The notes beneath the pieces are model-generated. The model had not been told where the DNA came from, did no database searches, and saw nothing but the letters and a program-made list of their open reading frames with translations. 64,000 nt of DNA from an uncultured Pseudomonadota bacterium (GTDB lineage: Bacteria > Pseudomonadota > Gammaproteobacteria > Steroidobacterales > Steroidobacteraceae): positions 428 to 64,427 of the forward strand of contig CAILZL010000028.1 in NCBI GenBank assembly GCA_903838705.1, read 5' to 3'. Numbering within the stretch: the first letter of the stretch is position 1; the number at the start of each line of letters is the position of its first letter. A program made the translations under genes and the position numbers. This document shows, one piece after another, positions 1 through 8,942 of this stretch.

Positions 1-172
1 CAACTCACAACGCTGAGCCAAAAACACCGTTTCACTATACCTTGCCAGTATTCGGCTCAGGAGTAGGCCAAGATACGGGAAATAATGGAAACACAAAGAC
101 TTCAGATCACTTCCGCCCTACCCGCACCAAAAGTTAATGCGCTGTCAGTTCTACTACCCCCTTGCCTGAAAA

Positions 173-3100
173 CTATGGAACCGTCCAGGTGTCGGCCACT
201 TCTCGATTCTTGTGCGAGCCGGTTTCACAGCTCAGCGTGAAGTTCGGGTTGTTGCAGGCGGGCAACCATGACCTGACGTACTCAGACTTAACCCCACCCG
301 TGGGTGTGACGGTCACACGCAGGTGCCCGCTGCTGGGTAGAAGCGTTCCGGATAAGTATCCAGCTGATGTGGCGAGGTTATTCATAGTCGTTGTATCTGT
401 TGCTGCAGCACTGGGTTGCGGCACCTCCTGGTAAATGATGCCGTCCAGCACCTGTTTCGCATACAGATGGTCATGACCGTGGAATACGGCGGTCACACCA
501 AAATTGACAAACAACTGATGAATAGGCGAAGTCCATCCTGCGTGATTATTGATTCCATTGGAAGTAAATCCGTTAGTGAGATCAGGATTCAGCCCACCCC
601 ATTCAAAATATTTTGCCGCTTCAATCCCGCCCCGCATCTGACCACCTAGCGCAGTAGGGTCAGGTACCAGGCCAGTAGTTTTATTCTCCGGCATCCCCCC
701 GAGCAGGTTGTGCGTGAAAATGAATTTATATTTCGTACCACTTGCTGAACTGGCTGCCAGCACATTGTAGAGCCAGTTGTACTGAGCCTGACCTAAGGTC
801 ATATTCCAGGCACTGGTTGTTGATGATGGCGACTGGAGGGTATTCCAGTACGGATCTAGCACCACGAACAGAGCATCACCCCAGGTCCATGAGTAATAGG
901 CAACTCGCTGAGTATTCGCATTGGGATCAATGACAGTATCACCGCTATAGAATGTACTGGCATCAGATATACCATTAGAGAAATAACTCTTTCGCAGATT
1001 AGTCGCCCACGACGCCAGCGTAGGGGGAGGAACAGATTTGTTACTGTTTCGTATCCAGCCCAATTCAGCATCATGGTTACCATTCACCAGGAACAATGGG
1101 ACTGATTTTGCAACCCGACTATAGTAAGGGAGCTCGAATTTATACCGCGAGATTACATCCGGCAGATTCGCCGCAGGATTGAACGGAGATTTGCTGTTTA
1201 TTGCATCCAGGGGAATGACATACTTCTCGGTCATGAACGTATCACCGAGGTCAATGAGGAAATCCGGTGAGTCAGCCAGCATGTTATTCAGTGTATTCTT
1301 GAACAGATCCGGATCGCTCAGATAGTCCATATGCGAGTCAGACTGGATTACAAAGCTAAATGCAGTACCTTTCGGACGAGCAGTTACAAACCTGTTTTCC
1401 GATGATTGAGCGATCACGGTTGCACCGGATAGCAAATTGACCCGGTAGAAATACTGAGTATTGGGACTTAAACCAGTTAATGTGATGGTCAAGGGCGTAC
1501 TCTGTACAAGAGTACTGGCTGCCGTCGTATACGTATAGGTACCAGAAACCGTGCCGTATGAAACTGTCACCGGACCACTTTGAGCATCGCTATAAAGATT
1601 CATGACAATACTGCTGGTCGTAGGACCACCCAGCACGATATAAGGCGTGAAGCTTCCGGTACTGCTTGAACTGCTGGAATTCGATCCTGAACTGGAGGTA
1701 CTTGAAACTGCGCTACTGCTTGAACTGGAACCACCCGTGCCAGTACAAGTCACATTCGCATTAAATATGTTTGTAGACACAATTGTGCCAGCTGAATTGA
1801 CCAGAGTGCAGGTCTGACCGGTGGGTTGTCCAGTAATCGCAATAGAATAGGCAGCCCCGGTATTTAAAGCTCCAGGAAAGAAATACCAAGTTGATGGACT
1901 GTCTACAGAGACGGTCTGAGCACCGCCATTTAATGACAGGGTTAAACCACTGCTGGTGAGACCCGAAATCAGACCACCTGTCACGTAGGTATTGACCTCA
2001 CAGATCACGCTCACGTTTACACTACCATTCGCTACATTGGGGCTGACAGTTCCTGAAGCGTTGAACACCATACAGATTTGTCCGGTTGGGGTAGACGCAA
2101 TCTGGACATTCCAGCTGTCACCCGCGTTCTGAGAATTGAAGCTGAAAGACCAGGGACCGGCTCCCGTAGAGGATACTGTTTGTATATTGCTGCCATTGTT
2201 GGTGAGGGATACAGGACCGCTATTGCCACTCACTGTGCCGCTGACGGTGAAAGTATTCGTAGTACAGCTCACGACGACATTGCTGACCGTATTACCCACA
2301 ACGCCGGTTCCATTAGTCACGGTACAGGTCTGGCCTGAAGGTTGCGTACTTGCCACCAGGTAACCGGTACCATAGGCCTGTGCAGTAAAGGTAAAACTGC
2401 CACCACCGGCAGCAACGGTCTGGCCATTCACGCCATTATTCGTCAACGTGACTGGGCCGGTGTTGCCCGTCACCGTACCACTCACCGTGAAAGTGCTCTG
2501 AGTGGAATACCCTCCCCTCACAAGTATCACCCACTGGGAAGAAGTTTTAGCGCTATAAGAAGTAATGCCATTGTAGATTTCCTGTATATCCCAGGCTTGT
2601 GTGGTAGGGAAATATTGTTGAGAAGTCGATGACCAGAACGTACCTACAGTACCCGGGTTGGCAGGCACTTTAGTGCTGTAAGAGGGAATCCCCAGCGTTG
2701 ACAGGTTGGTAAAGTATGTAGTGTCCAGGGCGGGTGCATACTTTGTGATATCCACAATCGAGAACAGTTCGTGGATATTAGGCAGACGCCAATCAGTTTT
2801 ACCCGCGAAGCCACCCGATGCATTCACTGAATTGACGTACGTGAGTGCATCCTGCCAAGTATAGGTTTGTGGAGATATCTGTTTTTGCCACACCAAACCG
2901 GTGTAGTTATCTGTAAACGTACCATCCCCATTGTCGGCGAACGGAACAGCTGGCACGTAAACCGGGACAGCAGTCCTGACGCACCGAACGTTGTAGAAGG
3001 TAGGTTTACCATTCTTGCCGCCATCCAGCGTTTGATCCTGAAGGTGATTACCAACACCGCCACCCGCATCGGCGACCCATTCAGTAGGTGTGGCTGTACC

Positions 3101-6100
3101 ACTCACCAGATCAGCTTTAGCGGTATCACTACTCCACCAATAAGCTCCTGAAATATATGTGGCAGTTGAATACGAACCCGTGGTGAACGTGAAAGAAGCA
3201 CTCGTCATCGGCGCCGTAGTGGGCTGAGAGAGCGTTACTGTTTCAGTTGATCCAGAAGTTGATACCGCAGTGACAGTAGTACCAGCAGCAAGACCTGTAC
3301 TGGTGCTGGTCACATACATGCCATTCACAATGGGCGGATAAATCGCATTGAGCGTCAGTGTAGTTGAGCCTGATGCAACCGACCCGGTCGTATTGATTGT
3401 CTGAGGATAAGGTGTGGTATTAACCTGAAAATAACTGCCATTCAATGCAGGTTTAGATCCGCCAAAGTAAAGAATATAAGAGAGCTCTTTGGCCGTTGGC
3501 ATGCGCCAATCATTATGGCCACCCAAAGTCTGACTCGAACAATAACCCGCGGCATTGGTGAAAAGTATCTGTCCACTGTCGGACTGCTGCCACATCAACC
3601 CAGTATTGTTGTCTGTGACCGTGCCATCACCGTTATCTGTGTATGAAGGCGCATTACGAGCTGTGTCCGCATCTTCACCGTATACAGAAGGACTGGAGTA
3701 TTTCCCGGTCTGACCTGTACCCGGCATCAGGAAAACCCTGGGTATGGCACCAGCCGCAGTACAGGTTACATTTACATTTGAAACATTTGACGCACCAATG
3801 GTGCCAGTCGCATTGACCAGCGAGCAGGTTTGCCCCGTTGGTTGTCCGGTGATCGCAACAGAATATGATCCGCCACTTAAACCACTGGGGAAGGAGTACG
3901 ACGTCGCACCAGTTACTGGAGCAACCGTCTGTGCGCCACCATTCAGTGACAGCGTCAGACCGCTGCTGCTCAGACCAGTAATAGAGCCACCCACTGTATA
4001 GGTGGTCAGCGAACAGGTCACACTGACATTCATAACATTCCCGGTGATAGTCCCGGAACCGTTGTTCACCAGACAGGTCTGGCCCGAAGGTACAGATGTA
4101 ACTTGCACATTCCAGCTGGCACCATAGTTCTGTGGGCCGAAGCTGAATGGCCACGGGCCGGCACCCGTTGAAGTTACTGTCTGAGCATCACCGCCATTGT
4201 TGGTGAGCGTCACTGGCCCGCTATTGCCACTGACCGTACCACTGACGGTGTAAGTGGCTGTCACACATGATACGTTGGCATTTGAAACATTGGCATTACC
4301 CATCGTACCTGTGGCATTAGCTACAGAGCAGGTCAATCCCGCAGGCTGCTGAAATACAGTAACGCTATAGGTTGCGCCTGCAACCAGCCCTGTGGAGAAC
4401 ACATAGGCACCCGCACCATTGGCAACAATCTTGGTACCGCTGCCATTCAATTTCAGGATCAGGCCTGATGCCGTCAGGCCGGTAATCGAGCCGCCTACCG
4501 TGTAGGTTTTGGCACAGCTTACATTGACGTTGGTAACCGTACCCGAGATGATCCCTGTCGCATTTGTGACTGTACAACTGTATCCAGCAGGCTGGATACC
4601 GACACCCACCGTATAAGCTGTGCCACTCGGCAATGCTGTTGAGAAGCTGTAGGTACCTGCACCACCATTACCTGCAAAACTGGGAATAATCTTGCTGGTG
4701 GCATTGTTGAGCTTCAGCACCAGACCACTCACAGTCAGACCGGTAACCGAACCACCCACCGTATAAGTATTGACGCAGGTAACGCCGACATTAGTGACGT
4801 TAGCACTCAGGATGCCAGAGCCGTTGGTTACTGAGCAGAACTGACCGCCCGGCTGAACTGCCACAGTGACTGAATAACCAGAACCTGAAGCCAATGCGGT
4901 GGGGAAACTGAAATCACCATTAGCATTCAGAATCAAGGTTTCAGTGCCATTGTTGACCAGGATCAGCGATTTGCCCGCAGCCAAACCGCTCACACCGCCT
5001 GAGCCGGCCGACAACCCACTCACGGTGTAGCTGTTGGTATCAACAATACAGCTGACGAGCACACCACTTACGTTGGACGAGATATTGCTGCCGGTGCCGT
5101 TACCCGACACCGAACAAATCTGTCCGGGTGGGCTGGTCGTGGTCACTTCATAGTTTGAACCGGGACTCACAGTAAAACTGAATGGGGCATTGTTACCGAG
5201 GTTGGAGACTTGAACTCCCCCGTTTGAAACGGTCACCGTATTCGCACCCGTCAGACCGGCAACGATGCCGCTGACGGTGAACGAATTCTGAGTACAGCTC
5301 ACTGTCACACCGGTGACATCCGCGGTGATGGGGCTGGGAATGGCCGTGCCACCCACAGTACAGGTGTAACCGCTCAGGCTCGCAGACACGGCCACGCCGG
5401 TATCACCATAAGTGTCATTGAAAGTGATGCTGCTGGCAGTTGATGGCGCATTCACCTGCGTTGTGCCAGTAACCGAAACTGTTGCACCAGAAGGATTCGA
5501 TACTCCGATGATGTAGGTGAGCTTCGTACAGGTCAGGTTGTTGTTAGTGACATTGGCCTGAATGTTGGTACCGGAGGCGATACTCAGTGAACAACTGTAT
5601 CCAACCGGCGTGGTAGTCACAGCGGCGGACCAGCTTGAGCCCTGCAAAATCGGACTGCTTGTCCAGCTCGATACCCCTGAATTTCCATTGGTGGTTACCG
5701 AGTTGACAGTGACCCCGATTTTCACACTGCCCGCCCCGCCTGTAGGGGCACCATTTAAGATGGAAGTCCCACCGATGGTAAAGCTTGGAGTATTACTACA
5801 GGTGACGTTGCCTATCTGATTTGCTGCAATAGTGTTAGCCGAAAGTGTAACCGTGCCGGGCGTGGCACCAAGGTAGCAGGATTGACCGGCAGGCATCACC
5901 GTGATGTTGATCGACCATTTCGGGCCCGTTACCAAACCAGTGCCGCTACAGGTACCGGATCCGCAGCCGACGGTAGTCCACGAAGTGTCAGTGGCATTAG
6001 GTGAAACCGTTGAAGTTGTTTTTGGATTGGTAGAGTTATCTACCCAGGTGATTTTCAGACCTGTTCCGGTGAGTCCGGTGATGGAACCGGAAGCAGTGAA

Positions 6101-6184
6101 AGCGGCCGCAGCTTCAGGCGCATATCCAGCCAGTAAAGCAAGCACCACAAATGGCATCAACACTTGTTTGCCAAACAATTTCAT
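173..6184 (-). CDS. Giant secreted/cell-surface multidomain protein: signal peptide, about a dozen Ig-like Cys-bracketed repeats, two DUF1566 (Lcl C-terminal-like) modules, Ser-rich linker, and a C-terminal purple-acid-phosphatase-like metallophosphoesterase
   Basis: Uninterrupted 2003-aa ORF. The N-terminus MKLFGKQVLMPFVVLALLAGYAPEAAAA looks like a Sec signal. Units of about 80-90 aa recur with the pattern YTV(S/G)G..TGL...QP(S/A)GQ.C.V.N..G....NV.V.C. Two DNGDGT(V/F)TDN.TGL(M/V)WQ ... DWR(M/L)P motifs are present. A poly-Ser tract is present. Metallophosphoesterase motifs are QSDSHMD, DLGDTFM, VNGNHD, FTHNLL and FHGHDH. Confidence 0.85.
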   Translation of the reverse strand: MKLFGKQVLMPFVVLALLAGYAPEAAAAFTASGSITGLTGTGLKITWVDNSTNPKTTSTVSPNATDTSWTTVGCGSGTCSGTGLVTGPKWSINITVMPAGQSCYLGATPGTVTLSANTIAANQIGNVTCSNTPSFTIGGTSILNGAPTGGAGSVKIGVTVNSVTTNGNSGVSSWTSSPILQGSSWSAAVTTTPVGYSCSLSIASGTNIQANVTNNNLTCTKLTYIIGVSNPSGATVSVTGTTQVNAPSTASSITFNDTYGDTGVAVSASLSGYTCTVGGTAIPSPITADVTGVTVSCTQNSFTVSGIVAGLTGANTVTVSNGGVQVSNLGNNAPFSFTVSPGSNYEVTTTSPPGQICSVSGNGTGSNISSNVSGVLVSCIVDTNSYTVSGLSAGSGGVSGLAAGKSLILVNNGTETLILNANGDFSFPTALASGSGYSVTVAVQPGGQFCSVTNGSGILSANVTNVGVTCVNTYTVGGSVTGLTVSGLVLKLNNATSKIIPSFAGNGGAGTYSFSTALPSGTAYTVGVGIQPAGYSCTVTNATGIISGTVTNVNVSCAKTYTVGGSITGLTASGLILKLNGSGTKIVANGAGAYVFSTGLVAGATYSVTVFQQPAGLTCSVANATGTMGNANVSNANVSCVTATYTVSGTVSGNSGPVTLTNNGGDAQTVTSTGAGPWPFSFGPQNYGASWNVQVTSVPSGQTCLVNNGSGTITGNVMNVSVTCSLTTYTVGGSITGLSSSGLTLSLNGGAQTVAPVTGATSYSFPSGLSGGSYSVAITGQPTGQTCSLVNATGTIGASNVSNVNVTCTAAGAIPRVFLMPGTGQTGKYSSPSVYGEDADTARNAPSYTDNGDGTVTDNNTGLMWQQSDSGQILFTNAAGYCSSQTLGGHNDWRMPTAKELSYILYFGGSKPALNGSYFQVNTTPYPQTINTTGSVASGSTTLTLNAIYPPIVNGMYVTSTSTGLAAGTTVTAVSTSGSTETVTLSQPTTAPMTSASFTFTTGSYSTATYISGAYWWSSDTAKADLVSGTATPTEWVADAGGGVGNHLQDQTLDGGKNGKPTFYNVRCVRTAVPVYVPAVPFADNGDGTFTDNYTGLVWQKQISPQTYTWQDALTYVNSVNASGGFAGKTDWRLPNIHELFSIVDITKYAPALDTTYFTNLSTLGIPSYSTKVPANPGTVGTFWSSTSQQYFPTTQAWDIQEIYNGITSYSAKTSSQWVILVRGGYSTQSTFTVSGTVTGNTGPVTLTNNGVNGQTVAAGGGSFTFTAQAYGTGYLVASTQPSGQTCTVTNGTGVVGNTVSNVVVSCTTNTFTVSGTVSGNSGPVSLTNNGSNIQTVSSTGAGPWSFSFNSQNAGDSWNVQIASTPTGQICMVFNASGTVSPNVANGSVNVSVICEVNTYVTGGLISGLTSSGLTLSLNGGAQTVSVDSPSTWYFFPGALNTGAAYSIAITGQPTGQTCTLVNSAGTIVSTNIFNANVTCTGTGGSSSSSSAVSSTSSSGSNSSSSSSTGSFTPYIVLGGPTTSSIVMNLYSDAQSGPVTVSYGTVSGTYTYTTAASTLVQSTPLTITLTGLSPNTQYFYRVNLLSGATVIAQSSENRFVTARPKGTAFSFVIQSDSHMDYLSDPDLFKNTLNNMLADSPDFLIDLGDTFMTEKYVIPLDAINSKSPFNPAANLPDVISRYKFELPYYSRVAKSVPLFLVNGNHDAELGWIRNSNKSVPPPTLASWATNLRKSYFSNGISDASTFYSGDTVIDPNANTQRVAYYSWTWGDALFVVLDPYWNTLQSPSSTTSAWNMTLGQAQYNWLYNVLAASSASGTKYKFIFTHNLLGGMPENKTTGLVPDPTALGGQMRGGIEAAKYFEWGGLNPDLTNGFTSNGINNHAGWTSPIHQLFVNFGVTAVFHGHDHLYAKQVLDGIIYQEVPQPSAAATDTTTMNNLATSAGYLSGTLLPSSGHLRVTVTPTGGVKSEYVRSWLPACNNPNFTLSCETGSHKNREVADTWTVP

Positions 6185-6457
6185 CTTGTTTCCTGCCCGG
6201 CTACTTGAGCCAGTTCTAAGTACGTCTTTTTATTTGCAATATTCAGCCGCAATTCTGGAATCAGATTTTCAGGTATTCATTAGAACACGCCAAGCCTGCG
6301 GCAAACCTGACGTATTTACATAAGCTGAGCTAGGGTACAGCAGGGTCAGGTGAAATTAAACTCCGTATCACCTGAGCCGGTAGTCACGGGTGTGGGCCAA
6401 GGAATCAGGAAGCTGGCAAGCGACCACCAACCATCTGTTTCTAAAGTATTTTACTCT

Positions 6458-6496
6458 TGCCCCGAACAGGACTTGAACCCGCGGCTTACCGCTTAG
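6458..6496 (-). pseudogene. Degenerate copy of the 3' half of tRNA-Arg(CCT); tRNA-like remnant, possibly an old integration or duplication scar
   Basis: By hand alignment, 33 of 39 nt are identical to 6870-6908 of the intact tRNA-Arg, from the anticodon loop 3' side to the acceptor end. Both copies are followed by the same ttttact flank. No 5' acceptor strand or anticodon stem can be paired, so I do not think it is functional. Confidence 0.5.
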
Positions 6497-6866
6497 ATGT
6501 GCCGAACCACTCCATACAGTCGCGTCCCTGCGATCACCATGAGCAGTAAAGCTTTCATTCACCAGCGTGCCTCATCCGCATCCTTACAAACTCCATCGTT
6601 AGGCTTTGTTTTACTCAGCAAGAAACCAGATCACCGTTAGCTCAACGTGCACGGTGCGAGACCGGTTGGTATATGAACTTCCACAATGCCCCCAAGTGTA
6701 GATGTCTCAATTCATCGGACATCTGCAAGCCATTCAAGTTGGATTTGTAGTCTTGGATACAGTGAAGCGTAATCCCAGCATTCTGATGAGCCAAAAAATA
6801 GAATCAGCGTCATAGACCGATTACAAAAGGAAATAGACTTTATGCCCTGTTTTTTTGATTTTTTAC

Positions 6867-6942
6867 TGGTGCCCCGGGCAGGAGTTGAACCTGCGACCTA
6901 CCGCTTAGGAGGCGGTCGCTCTATCCACTGAGCTACCGGGGC
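6867..6942 (-). tRNA. tRNA-Arg (anticodon CCT)
   Basis: The reverse complement folds by hand into a 76-nt cloverleaf: acceptor GCCCCGG/CCGGGGC, D arm GCTC-AGTGGATA-GAGC, anticodon arm ACCGC-CTCCTAA-GCGGT, T arm GCAGG-TTCAACT-CCTGC, discriminator A and an encoded CCA. Confidence 0.93.
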
Positions 6943-7042
6943 AATACTCGACCGACAGACTTCCGAGCTGAGTCATCCCTTGACAGTCCGATTCAACTCC
7001 ACAGGTATGGATTAAAGAATCCAGCGTTGCTTGATCGAAATT

Positions 7043-7118
7043 TGGTGGAGCCGAGGAGGATCGAACTCCTGACCTTCTCATTGCGAACGAGACGCTCTCC
7101 CAGCTGAGCTACGGCCCC
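7043..7118 (-). tRNA. tRNA-Ala (anticodon CGC)
   Basis: The reverse complement is GGGGCCGTAGCTCAGCTGGGAGAGCGTCTCGTTCGCAATGAGAAGGTCAGGAGTTCGATCCTCCTCGGCTCCACCA. It forms a canonical cloverleaf with the G3:U70 alanine identity pair, anticodon loop TTCGCAA and an encoded CCA. Confidence 0.93.
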
Positions 7119-7172
7119 ATGCACCTCAAAATTTTACCATTAACTGCCAATCATCAGGCAAGCACTGAAAAG

Positions 7173-7733
7173 CTACGATCCGTAGTGCAGACGAAGAATC
7201 GATGGCTTGCTGAGTCTGGATACATTCACGATGAATATCGAACCGTAATCCATGTCATCAATCAGCCAGTCTTGCGGACTGACCTCACCTATCAACTGGA
7301 GCAGCTTCTCACGAGTCGCCACTACCACCACCACCTCACCTGCATGGCTATCACGTATGTCACTCAGACGTGAATTTGATCCACCCACAGCCAGCACATT
7401 GACGGGCACACCCATTTTTGCTCCGAGAGGGGCGGCGGTCTGTTGTGCTGGCAGGGTTTCAATGGCATAGACACCATCAACTGCCCTGCCGGGTTTGGCC
7501 TGAGCCAGAAACTGCACCAGACTATTGGCCCGCGCTTTTCCAAACTGGCTAAGACCCGGATTGGCCGCCAGACTTTGCTCAACTTCTGCATTACGGACCA
7601 GAATAAAAACGGTGCTGTTTCGGGCATCCAGCAACCATATGGCAGCAGCTACTACCACCCCCAGCAACGCCAACGGCATCAGCAAGGGAAGAAAGAATGG
7701 GCGCCGCTTCAGTTTAATAAAATCAGGCTGCAT
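7173..7733 (-). CDS. Membrane-anchored hypothetical protein, possibly a histidine-phosphatase-superfamily (SixA/PGM-like) fold lacking the catalytic His
   Basis: 186-aa ORF. There is an N-terminal TM segment ([23 protein letters not shown]). LVRNAE sits where RHG/RHAE would be, followed by an LS..G..RA..L..FL pattern. The assignment is tentative. Confidence 0.4.
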   Translation of the reverse strand: MQPDFIKLKRRPFFLPLLMPLALLGVVVAAAIWLLDARNSTVFILVRNAEVEQSLAANPGLSQFGKARANSLVQFLAQAKPGRAVDGVYAIETLPAQQTAAPLGAKMGVPVNVLAVGGSNSRLSDIRDSHAGEVVVVVATREKLLQLIGEVSPQDWLIDDMDYGSIFIVNVSRLSKPSILRLHYGS

Positions 7734-7847
7734 CTGGGCATCATAACATTGGCAAACAATCTGCCGTCGAGACTTTGGATTATTCCGGCTGATCGCATGG
7801 TTTTTCTATGACGCTTGATCCTGGAATCCAGGCAAATGTTGACCGGC

Positions 7848-8942
7848 TCAATGCAGCAGCACGGAGTACAAATCCCAGTAATCATCAAGCAGTACGTTGA
7901 CTTCTTCAGTCATACGCGACTGAACCGCATCGCCAGATGACATGCGTGATTGAACAGCCACAGTGCCGATTGATTCCGGCACAGGCACGGTTTCATGATC
8001 GCTTCGATAAAAGGCGTTACTGCGCAGGCGCTGGGTAAGCTGCTTGAGATCGCGCAAATCCCGTGGACTCTCACGCAGCATTTTCATCGCTGGCTGCAAC
8101 CCATCAAGTAACAGCTGACATTCCTGAGATGAGCCATATTGCACTTCATAAACCTGCCGGGAGCTTGCATCCTTGGCCATTATCGCCAGTCCGTCATGAC
8201 CAAGCCGATCCAGTAACTGCTGGGCAAAACTCAGCGTAGCTGTATTGACCAGTCGCTTTCCCTCTACAGTCAATTCCGTAAATTCAGGTATGACTGCCGA
8301 AACCAGCGCATCACGCTGTTCCTCCAGAGCCAGCAGTTCAACGCCCACCTGCGATTGCTCCAGAGTCAACTGTGCCAGTTCTGTTCGCAACTCATTGCGC
8401 TTCCTGCGGTGCCAGAACCAGCGCATACCCTGTAGCTGTCGCTGCAATAACTGACCACGCGCTTCCAGCGAATCCATTCGTGAGCGCATTTCTATTATCG
8501 TGCCATCCAGCTTGCCGATCCTGCGCTGCCGATTCTGGTCGAATTCAATTTGCTGAAGTTTGCGTTCACGCTCCTGCTGCTGCTCAGTCAGTTCAATGCT
8601 GAGTTCTGCCAGACGTCTGGATGCCTGACTCCACAGCGAACGCAACTGATAGAACACCAGAGCGGTCATGCCATTATCAGGATCACCAAGGAATGCCTCC
8701 AGCTTCTGCAAACGCTCCTGACTTTGCATCTGCGCTGAATCCTGCTTCCTGAGTTGCCGCAACAGCGAAACATTGTTTTCCTGCAGACTGGAAAACTCTT
8801 TCTTGAGTTCGACGCGATTCCGGAAAAGTTGCAGCAACCGCTCGTCTTCAGCAGATCGAGGGGTGCCTTTAATACGCTCTAAAAAACCATTGAAGCGCTT
8901 GTTAAGCATCATAGCGATGAAAGGCAGCCTTGTCGCCGGCAC
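7848..8942 (-). CDS. Hypothetical protein with a long Gln/Arg/Glu-rich coiled-coil region
   Basis: 364-aa ORF immediately downstream of the DUF1249 gene. The annotated start is a GTG at 8942, and an ATG at 8912 is an alternative. The central 200 aa are heptad-like and rich in Q, R, E and L. I recognise no catalytic motif. Confidence 0.6.
   Translation of the reverse strand: MPATRLPFIAMMLNKRFNGFLERIKGTPRSAEDERLLQLFRNRVELKKEFSSLQENNVSLLRQLRKQDSAQMQSQERLQKLEAFLGDPDNGMTALVFYQLRSLWSQASRRLAELSIELTEQQQERERKLQQIEFDQNRQRRIGKLDGTIIEMRSRMDSLEARGQLLQRQLQGMRWFWHRRKRNELRTELAQLTLEQSQVGVELLALEEQRDALVSAVIPEFTELTVEGKRLVNTATLSFAQQLLDRLGHDGLAIMAKDASSRQVYEVQYGSSQECQLLLDGLQPAMKMLRESPRDLRDLKQLTQRLRSNAFYRSDHETVPVPESIGTVAVQSRMSSGDAVQSRMTEEVNVLLDDYWDLYSVLLH

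Noticed and set aside
5901-6323. 140-aa plus-strand ORF overlapping the 5' end of the giant surface-protein gene
   Set aside because: It mostly mirrors the repeat-rich coding strand and has no independent signals. The 2003-aa frame, with its signal peptide, explains the region.
6346-6375. Inverted repeat TCAGGTGA-N14-TCACCTGA between the tRNA remnant and the giant gene
   Set aside because: It has a short stem, a large loop and no U-tract on either strand. It could be chance or a weak operator, and the evidence is not enough to call a feature.
6458-6535. Possibility that the lower tRNA-like sequence is a functional tRNA (for example Arg-TCT)
   Set aside because: I could not pair a 5' acceptor strand (GCCCCGA-like) or an anticodon stem. 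The T stem would need two G-U pairs, the D-region is about 6 nt short, and there is no encoded CCA.
6368-6562. 64-aa minus-strand ORF overlapping the tRNA-like remnant
   Set aside because: The sequence similarity to tRNA-Arg explains the region better. The ORF has no Shine-Dalgarno sequence or recognisable product.
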